Source of the DNA: a virus
Lineage: Duplodnaviria; Heunggongvirae; Uroviricota; Caudoviricetes
Reading direction: 5' to 3' (one strand)
Length of the DNA: 40,395 nt
Virus record (IMG/VR): IMGVR_UViG_3300026488_000017
Span: 1-40,395 of that record
The notes under the pieces are model-generated. The model worked only from the letters and a program-made list of their open reading frames with translations, searched no databases and had not been told where the DNA came from. The translations under genes and the position numbers were made by a program. Numbering within the stretch: position 1 is the stretch's first letter; every line of letters begins with the position of its first letter. This document shows positions 33,939 to 40,395 of the stretch, in pieces.

Positions 33939-34102
33939 TATTTGTTACCTCTTTTTTTAGCGTTCTTTTTAACGATAGCCGCTAATTTTGGTTGTACTTT
34001 TTTGTCAAAAGTTTTACCTTTAATACCTTTAGCTTTACGCTTCTTTTTATTCTTAGCTTTCTTAGAAGCTTTCTTTTCTACTAATTCGTGGAATGTTTGC
34101 AT
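33938..34102 (-). CDS. Highly basic 54-aa protein with CTS-like start MQTFHELVE (not in ORF track)
   Basis: GGAG RBS, late promoter at 34127-34134, TAATG coupling to the acidic gene; 22 K/R. Confidence 0.8.
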   Translation of the reverse strand: MQTFHELVEKKASKKAKNKKKRKAKGIKGKTFDKKVQPKLAAIVKKNAKKRGNK

Positions 34103-34129
34103 TGTGTTCTCCGTTGTGATTTATTATAT

Positions 34130-34360
34130 TTATAAATCTAAAGTCTTTCTCATTTTTCCATAGTTCATTTTTATGAAAGCACCTACACCGAACATAGTAC
34201 CAATGACAACCATTCCTGTCCCAAAATAATCCCCACTATTATAAGCAAGATAAATCCATACAATATCGGCTAAGAAATAAGCACCTACACTTTTAAATAT
34301 GTCGCCGTTATAAACAAAATAAGCACCGATTATGAGTAAAATTCCACCAATACTAGCCAT
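34130..34360 (-). CDS. Small multi-TM protein, PnuC/nicotinamide-riboside-transporter-like (start MASIGG at 34360)
   Basis: Three hydrophobic segments; AAGGA RBS; overlaps the PRT stop. Confidence 0.55.
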   Translation of the reverse strand: MASIGGILLIIGAYFVYNGDIFKSVGAYFLADIVWIYLAYNSGDYFGTGMVVIGTMFGVGAFIKMNYGKMRKTLDL

Positions 34361-34814
34361 TGTTTTTTCCTTCCCAAGGTTCAAAAACAATCCAATTGCC
34401 AGAATGTTCTAAACAAAATTTCCACTCTTTAGGGTGTTCAGATTTTCCTATCAGAGTATATACGCTGAAAGCATTCTGAGGAAATAAAGGTTGTAAAAAT
34501 TTTAAGGTTTCTTTAATGCTCACACCTTCATCAGCAATATCATCAACGATATAAATCATATCAGAGCTAGAAATACCAGCATTGTGCATAAATTCCATTT
34601 CAGGTTCTTTATTCCCATCGTATCTCTGATAATTCAAGATGCTTAAAGGTAGATTCATCGAATTGCTTAAACGAACACCGAGAGGTAAACCACCTCTGTA
34701 AAGAGTCACTAAATGAACATTTTTCTTTTGTTTCTTAATGTCTTTTTCTATGGTGTTTACACATCCTTCAAAATCATTATGAGTAAAATACTCTTTGTTA
34801 TTTTCTGTGTACAT
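34353..34814 (-). CDS. Type I phosphoribosyltransferase (purine PRT-like)
   Basis: LYRGGLPLG, IYIVDDIADEG PRPP-binding loop, WIVFEPWE. Confidence 0.88.
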   Translation of the reverse strand: MYTENNKEYFTHNDFEGCVNTIEKDIKKQKKNVHLVTLYRGGLPLGVRLSNSMNLPLSILNYQRYDGNKEPEMEFMHNAGISSSDMIYIVDDIADEGVSIKETLKFLQPLFPQNAFSVYTLIGKSEHPKEWKFCLEHSGNWIVFEPWEGKNNG

Positions 34815-35416
34815 TATGCTTCTACTCTACAATGAGATTTAGGTGTTTCCCAATATTCTACTGCTTTCACTTTAACACCAGATAAACCTTTCATTTTTTC
34901 TTGTACCACTGAAAGTAACCAACCACTAAGATTTTCTGAAGTAGGTACGAAATCTACAAAAATAGCACCTTCGTATTTTTCAAAGATAGCTGATTTTTGT
35001 TCAGGCGATAAACTATCATCTATATCTAGCTGTTCTCTAAGGAAAGTCAAATCAGGTATAGAATAACCTTCAGCCATCTTATGTGTATGTACTAGTTCTT
35101 TATTTTTGATACAAAACCCAAATTCATTAGCGAATAATGGGTCTTTAATATCCATAATAAATTTATGGTCTAAAGTGTCATCTAAAAAGTTCTTAAACCA
35201 TCCAAGGTGTTTAAAATCGGTTGCCATTCCCGTTTCTTTGATATTTTTGTTGTCATCTGTGGCTTCTAAAAATACTTTCACTAAACCTTCGTGACCGTGC
35301 AAGTGTCTACAAGCCAAACAAGCATCTCCAGATTCTGTGAACTCGGTATTTAAACGCTGATTATGCACCCGGTGACCGTAGCAGAAGCTAAAACTTTTAT
35401 CAATTATATATTTCAT
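34814..35416 (-). CDS. queD: 6-carboxytetrahydropterin synthase
   Basis: FCYGHRV, CRHLHGH, PTSENL, WETPKS. Confidence 0.9.
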   Translation of the reverse strand: MKYIIDKSFSFCYGHRVHNQRLNTEFTESGDACLACRHLHGHEGLVKVFLEATDDNKNIKETGMATDFKHLGWFKNFLDDTLDHKFIMDIKDPLFANEFGFCIKNKELVHTHKMAEGYSIPDLTFLREQLDIDDSLSPEQKSAIFEKYEGAIFVDFVPTSENLSGWLLSVVQEKMKGLSGVKVKAVEYWETPKSHCRVEA

Positions 35417-35450
35417 TTATATCCTTTATTTATTATATTATACTGTATTT

Positions 35451-35618
35451 CTACTTAATTTCGTGGTACACACAACTGAAAGTAGGTTGAACAAAATTTG
35501 TGCTCTTCTTAGCTTCTTCGTGTTTACAGATAATAAGTTCCTTTCTTGTTTCGCCTGGTCCTACATTTAATGTACTAAATGTTTGACTGTAACGACAATT
35601 TGTGCAGGTATTTGTCAT
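35451..35618 (-). CDS. Hypothetical 55-aa Cys/His protein (CxxC...C...CxxH), possible Zn-binding
   Basis: Hand-translated MTNTCTNCRYSQ...IICKH...SCVYHEIK. Confidence 0.5.
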   Translation of the reverse strand: MTNTCTNCRYSQTFSTLNVGPGETRKELIICKHEEAKKSTNFVQPTFSCVYHEIK

Positions 35619-35619
35619 A

Positions 35620-36372
35620 CTAACCCTTTATTTGTTTTCTTAATTCGGGGTCATTAAATGCACCAGCGTAATATTCTGAAGTAAAAGCACCATCTGATGC
35701 TTTAGCACCTCTCATACTCTCACAGCCGTGTACCATATTGAATAATCCAACATAAACTGATTCAGTCTTAGCTACTTCAGCTACTTCATCATATAACATT
35801 TTAGTTAAATCTTCTTGTAAGAAAAATCTTTGTGATACCCAATCGGCTATACGCTGTAGTTTACTGATACCTAAGACTTGTTCATCTGGTACATAAGAAA
35901 TGATAGCATAACTATCTTCTCTAGCAATTGTAGTGAATGGTATGAAATGGTGTGAGCAGTTACTGATAATATCTACTCTTTTTGTAATAGGTATTGATTT
36001 ATTTCCAGTATTAGGGAATGATGCTAAACGAGGCTTAACAGACCATCTACCTGAACCTAATTCTCTATCATCGTGAGTCCCATCACCACACCATACCTTA
36101 GCTATACGGCCAGGTGTACCAATGTTCCCATCAGAAAAAACTTCTGTTACATTGTCATCTGTTAAATCGATTTTCATTGCTTTGAATGCTTGTGTTAAGT
36201 GAAATTGAGTAGCCATTCTCATAATAAAATGGACTGAATCTGTTATATTTTGTGTATCGTGAATGTTTCCGTTAGGTGCAAAGTCTTCGATTTCGTTGTA
36301 TTTGTCAAAATCAGAAGAAAAGTCACCATCGGGATAACGGTTGTCGTATCGTTCTTGAATGAATTTTTTCAT
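35620..36372 (-). CDS. folE: GTP cyclohydrolase I
   Basis: SNCSHHFIPF, GISKLQRI, LQEDLT, HGCESMRG. Confidence 0.92.
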   Translation of the reverse strand: MKKFIQERYDNRYPDGDFSSDFDKYNEIEDFAPNGNIHDTQNITDSVHFIMRMATQFHLTQAFKAMKIDLTDDNVTEVFSDGNIGTPGRIAKVWCGDGTHDDRELGSGRWSVKPRLASFPNTGNKSIPITKRVDIISNCSHHFIPFTTIAREDSYAIISYVPDEQVLGISKLQRIADWVSQRFFLQEDLTKMLYDEVAEVAKTESVYVGLFNMVHGCESMRGAKASDGAFTSEYYAGAFNDPELRKQIKG

Positions 36373-36410
36373 TTTTATCCTTTTGTATATGTATTATACT
36401 GTATTTATGC

Positions 36411-37418
36411 TTAATTTAATTTCGAACAAGCTTTAGTGAAGCTACAGTAATTTTCAGATATGTTTTTCTTTGAATTTTCTAAGTACTCATCTAGTTTCTC
36501 ATCCTTAAGAATACCTTTAATCCAATTAGCAAGTTGCACATAATCTTTTTCTAAATCTCTTTCGTATAATAAACGATTATCGTACATTTCTACATAAGAT
36601 TTATCATTAGGCATAATAAGCTTACAATTCAAAAATAATGCTTCAATAACAGAAATACCATAGTTTTCGTGTAACGAGAATGTAAATACTATTTCAGATT
36701 TAGCCATAAGCTTATACATTTCGTCCTTCGTCCGTGGTTCTGATTGTGTATAGATAAATTTGTATTCAGGAAAATATTCTTTCATTGCTTCAAAAATCTC
36801 TGGTTGTTTATCTTCATTGATTCTATGGGGAAATAATATGATTTTCTCTTTTGTTGTATCATATTTTTCTAGTTCTTCTAAATCAGTAGGACAACCTGAC
36901 ATTACAAATTTTTCTCTGTAATCAGGGAAGTTTTCTAATAAATGTTTTCTGTGATATTCTGTTGCCACATAAACCTCTTCAAGACATTCAAACATACTAG
37001 CTTCAAAATGTTTAGCCCAATGGTTGTTGCCTTTGAAACCTAAAATATCTGTATTATCGTAAGAATTTGTGTGAATATAGCCATAAAGCTTAATATTTCT
37101 ATCAGTCATATTAATAATGTATTTCGTAGCTTGTACAGTAGGTGTGAAGGCATCAGTAAAGAAGATATAGTCACCGTCTTTAATCGTACCATCACTCAGC
37201 ATCTCTGCTATCTGTATTTGCTGTTCGGCTTTGTATTTCATAGTCTTACTAAAATCAAAGAAACCACCACCAGTTAATCCTGAATAATCAGTACCAGAAA
37301 TAGTTCTTACATTTAGTCCAGTTTCTTTAGAGAATATTTTAGGTATATTCTCTCTCCACTGTTTCGTGTAGCGAGTTTCAATACCTTCAATATCTACTAT
37401 CCAAATTGTTTTCTTCAT
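36411..37418 (-). CDS. GT-B (GT4-like) glycosyltransferase
   Basis: ILFPHR, KQPE, HENYGISVIEAL. Confidence 0.8.
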   Translation of the reverse strand: MKKTIWIVDIEGIETRYTKQWRENIPKIFSKETGLNVRTISGTDYSGLTGGGFFDFSKTMKYKAEQQIQIAEMLSDGTIKDGDYIFFTDAFTPTVQATKYIINMTDRNIKLYGYIHTNSYDNTDILGFKGNNHWAKHFEASMFECLEEVYVATEYHRKHLLENFPDYREKFVMSGCPTDLEELEKYDTTKEKIILFPHRINEDKQPEIFEAMKEYFPEYKFIYTQSEPRTKDEMYKLMAKSEIVFTFSLHENYGISVIEALFLNCKLIMPNDKSYVEMYDNRLLYERDLEKDYVQLANWIKGILKDEKLDEYLENSKKNISENYCSFTKACSKLN

Positions 37419-37897
37419 TTATTTTCCTTAAAGCAATCTTTGAAAGCTTGTATTTTGTCTTTTCTTACTAGAGCATATTCATCATCGTCCGAAGTAATGG
37501 CTGTTTTATAGAACTGCTCATAACCGTATTTCTTAGCTACAAATGCAGTCCATTTATCATATATACGGACTCTCGATTTTTCTGTTTTGTTGGAACTGAA
37601 TATAATACATTCAGGTTCTTTATCCATCATAGCTAAAAATTCTCTCTTTATGACTGGACCAACGCTAAGATGGAACAGCATAAGATTTGTTTTATCTATT
37701 GAACCTTCTCCATTATAAAATTTGAAGTTCAATACAGATATTTCTTTGCATTTCTTTATCGGGTTTATCACTATTGTAAAATCTTCACCTTTTACAGAAA
37801 ATATACCTACACTAGTACCCGATTCTTTTTTCCAAGTTACTACTGAAGCATTATCACCTATTTCATTGATAAACATATGCTCCAATAGCGTGTTCAT
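37415..37897 (-). CDS. Hypothetical protein, 160 aa
   Basis: ORF track; TAATG coupling. Confidence 0.7.
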   Translation of the reverse strand: MNTLLEHMFINEIGDNASVVTWKKESGTSVGIFSVKGEDFTIVINPIKKCKEISVLNFKFYNGEGSIDKTNLMLFHLSVGPVIKREFLAMMDKEPECIIFSSNKTEKSRVRIYDKWTAFVAKKYGYEQFYKTAITSDDDEYALVRKDKIQAFKDCFKENK

Positions 37898-38250
37898 TAT
37901 CTAACGACCGTGAGAATAGAACCATTCTCTCCGTCTTCATTTACTTCACATCTAGTAAGATTAAATTCCTTGATGAGTTCTTCTGCAATCATTTCACAAC
38001 TAGAACTACCAAAGTAATGGCATCTTAAAGCATTATCGTAATAAGTTTCTTTCATATAGTCTAATACTTTATGTTTAAGCTCAATAAATTCGATGTCACG
38101 GTCATTATGTTCTACTTCAGAAAAACATTTGATACCAAACATATGCCTATGGTCATCACGCAAGTAAGCCACTTCTTCAATCGGGCAATTTGTCCATCTA
38201 TGTATTCCATCGATTGACAAGGAACAAAACACTTCTTTGTTTATTTTCAT
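37897..38250 (-). CDS. QueD paralog (T-fold), DpdL-like
   Basis: LRDDHRHMF (LxxxHRHxF) replaces CxxxHGH; SCEMIAE, VNEDGENG. Confidence 0.65.
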   Translation of the reverse strand: MKINKEVFCSLSIDGIHRWTNCPIEEVAYLRDDHRHMFGIKCFSEVEHNDRDIEFIELKHKVLDYMKETYYDNALRCHYFGSSSCEMIAEELIKEFNLTRCEVNEDGENGSILTVVR

Positions 38251-38301
38251 ATAAGTTTCCTTTATTTTTTGTATGTAGTATTATATCGTAAAATTACTTA
38301 A

Positions 38302-40365
38302 CTATTCAAAATCGGTCATACTAGTTGTACCTTCATTATCAAGCATAGTTTTAATGTCAATATCAAGTGCATTTTCTATACCATCGATATTCTTATTGAT
38401 ATCGCCAATATCATCGCTTTTCTTTTTATGAGAAAGGTCTACTAAATTATTATTATCAAAAATAGTAATAACATCATTAAGAGGTATGAATGCTGTATAT
38501 TCAAACATTGAATTATATACAGAATCAGTTTTCTTCATCTTTTTAAGTCTTATGATTTTGAGTGCTGCTGCTTCAAACTTCTCATATACTTCATCATTCA
38601 GTTCAGCACCTTTACATTCTAACTTTTTGATGCCTCTGATACTATAATCAACATCATAAATAGCACCAGCTTCTAAATCTTCGATTATATTACTAATGAA
38701 GTTCATTAATATACTCAATTCTCTTTCATCATAATCTTTTCTCGTTTTGATACTAGTTGAAAATGATTCCCAGCTCGTTTTGCTATATGGTTCTTGTTTA
38801 ATGATTCTATGTAATTCTGTTACGCTCTTCATAGTCTTCAGTTTATACGGTTTATTGATAACATTCTTCATAAGTTTGTCATAACCAACGCTATCAGAAA
38901 TTTTACTAGATGTAGAATGGCGTATTAAATAAGCTAACTTAGCTCTACTATAAGTTTTAAAACCTTGTAAGTATAAAGCTTCTTTTCTTTTTGTGTCATT
39001 ACCTCCATTGTAATTGTAGGCAGATTTAAAATTCTTATTTTTAGAATTTAGTTGCATAGTTCTATTGACCATATCTATAACAGTTTCAACTGGAATTACT
39101 ATTTTATAATTGACATTTTTGGGGTTGTTTGAATGGCTCTTATTAACTGTAAGAGTTGCATCTTTATTTTCATCATTGAACCGATTACATAACAACTGTA
39201 ACGGTGTTTGATATTCGTAAACAATTTTATCTGTATCCGATTGACTTGCACCACTATTAGATATTTTACTTGATTCGTTTATTACTTCTATATTATCAGA
39301 AACTATAATCCTAATAGATAGATACAAACTACTAAGTAACTCTTCAATCACTTGCTGGTTATTGACAAAGTATTCGGCAATAATACTTGGAAACATCGAA
39401 TAATCTCTAGTTCTAACTGCTTTGATTACAATAGCAAAAGCACCTAAACTGTTTTGTCCATTATTGACTGTACCATCTAAAGTCATCAACACAAACAAAT
39501 CATCTGAATCCTCTATAATGATTATTGTTTTCTCTTTAGAGCAAGAATAAGATTTTTGTGAAGAGCTTGATAATGTGATAAGCATTTCATTTTTTGTAAA
39601 TCTTGAATTTTTGTCATTGATTGTTGTTGCTATCTTTTCAGCAATGTCACCAATATAATCAATTTTTTCAGGTCGTGTATTTGAACTTTTAGCATTGTCA
39701 CCGTAATTGTATGAATTGGCATTTACAATACTACCTGCCAACCCTTGAATTTCTATAACACCTCCATTTTCTGAAACAGCAACATTTCTTGTGTCGATTG
39801 TCACCATACTAGGTAATGCATATTCGCTCTTTGCTGGTAACATTACCTTTTGGTTATCCAACATTTGTTGTTTTACTGTTTTGAGTTTTATTTCCCAAGT
39901 TTCAATAACTATACCAAATTTTTCCCAAACTTCTTGAGGTGTCATTGTTCTTTTATATGTATCCAAAAAACTGATATATAATGAAGGGTCTTCTAACAAC
40001 CTAGTAGGATTAAATATAACAATACTCATATAGAACCTATCATTTAAAGTAATCGTATTATCTCTCGCTAATGATGCAACATAACCAGCTAATTGGTCTT
40101 TAGCTGAATTATATGTTGTTACTATATTAACTGAATCAGAAACTTTATTTTCTATACCCATATAAAATTTATTTTTGTGTTTAAAACCCACATCTATTCT
40201 TTGTGTACCGCTTTCGTTTGGGTCTTGAATTTTTGACTCATACTCTATTAGAGGCGAATCTTCGTATTGACTAGCAACTATTGAACGAAACATAATAGCT
40301 TCGTTATTTTGACTAACACTCGCATCCAATTCTATATTACCAAATAAGAGCCTAGTGTTGTCCAT
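38302..40365 (-). CDS. Large protein: N-terminal PD-(D/E)xK nuclease + AIPR/ParB-like domain
   Basis: RIDVG...GIENK; VNNGQNS and SKISNS segments resemble AIPR NGxQT and ATNSQ motifs; early promoter position unknown (start near window edge). Confidence 0.55.
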   Translation of the reverse strand: MDNTRLLFGNIELDASVSQNNEAIMFRSIVASQYEDSPLIEYESKIQDPNESGTQRIDVGFKHKNKFYMGIENKVSDSVNIVTTYNSAKDQLAGYVASLARDNTITLNDRFYMSIVIFNPTRLLEDPSLYISFLDTYKRTMTPQEVWEKFGIVIETWEIKLKTVKQQMLDNQKVMLPAKSEYALPSMVTIDTRNVAVSENGGVIEIQGLAGSIVNANSYNYGDNAKSSNTRPEKIDYIGDIAEKIATTINDKNSRFTKNEMLITLSSSSQKSYSCSKEKTIIIIEDSDDLFVLMTLDGTVNNGQNSLGAFAIVIKAVRTRDYSMFPSIIAEYFVNNQQVIEELLSSLYLSIRIIVSDNIEVINESSKISNSGASQSDTDKIVYEYQTPLQLLCNRFNDENKDATLTVNKSHSNNPKNVNYKIVIPVETVIDMVNRTMQLNSKNKNFKSAYNYNGGNDTKRKEALYLQGFKTYSRAKLAYLIRHSTSSKISDSVGYDKLMKNVINKPYKLKTMKSVTELHRIIKQEPYSKTSWESFSTSIKTRKDYDERELSILMNFISNIIEDLEAGAIYDVDYSIRGIKKLECKGAELNDEVYEKFEAAALKIIRLKKMKKTDSVYNSMFEYTAFIPLNDVITIFDNNNLVDLSHKKKSDDIGDINKNIDGIENALDIDIKTMLDNEGTTSMTDFE

Positions 40366-40395
40366 CTTTATGTATTTTGATGCATTAGCATACTT

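Noticed and set aside
50-37904. Numerous plus-strand ORFs in the track (e.g. 1290, 4288, 5475, 14651, 16587, 19124, 29891, 31682)
   Set aside because: They are antisense shadows of well-supported minus-strand genes or RNAs, with no RBS or recognisable motifs. Only 32753-33298 is supported.

Overview
AT-rich segment of a large T4-like (Tevenvirinae-type) phage genome, almost entirely encoded on the minus strand. The promoter style suggests a Campylobacterota-like host; this is an inference. It contains a neck protein (gp14-like), sliding clamp, UvsW, UvsY and topoisomerase II subunits. It also has about 10 ankyrin-repeat genes, a metallopeptidase-VWA gene beside a tandem-AAA gene, two tRNA arrays plus tmRNA, an HNH homing endonuclease, a restriction-modification-like cluster and a 7-deazaguanine pathway cluster (FolE, QueD, QueD paralog, PRT, glycosyltransferase). 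Two observations stand out. (1) Each tRNA array is preceded by an unannotated leader peptide, a mutually exclusive antiterminator/terminator pair and a conserved box. The leader codons match the anticodons of the downstream array (15 consecutive cognate codons in leader 1), which looks like a ribosome-mediated attenuator that switches phage tRNA arrays on when those codons are translated slowly. (2) Twelve late proteins, ankyrin and non-ankyrin, on both strands and up to 32 kb apart, share the C-terminal peptide K[LI]GKYA[DSA]L[LM] with free synonymous variation, which points to a protein-level targeting or docking tag. All calls come from reading the sequence by eye; no database search or folding program was run.
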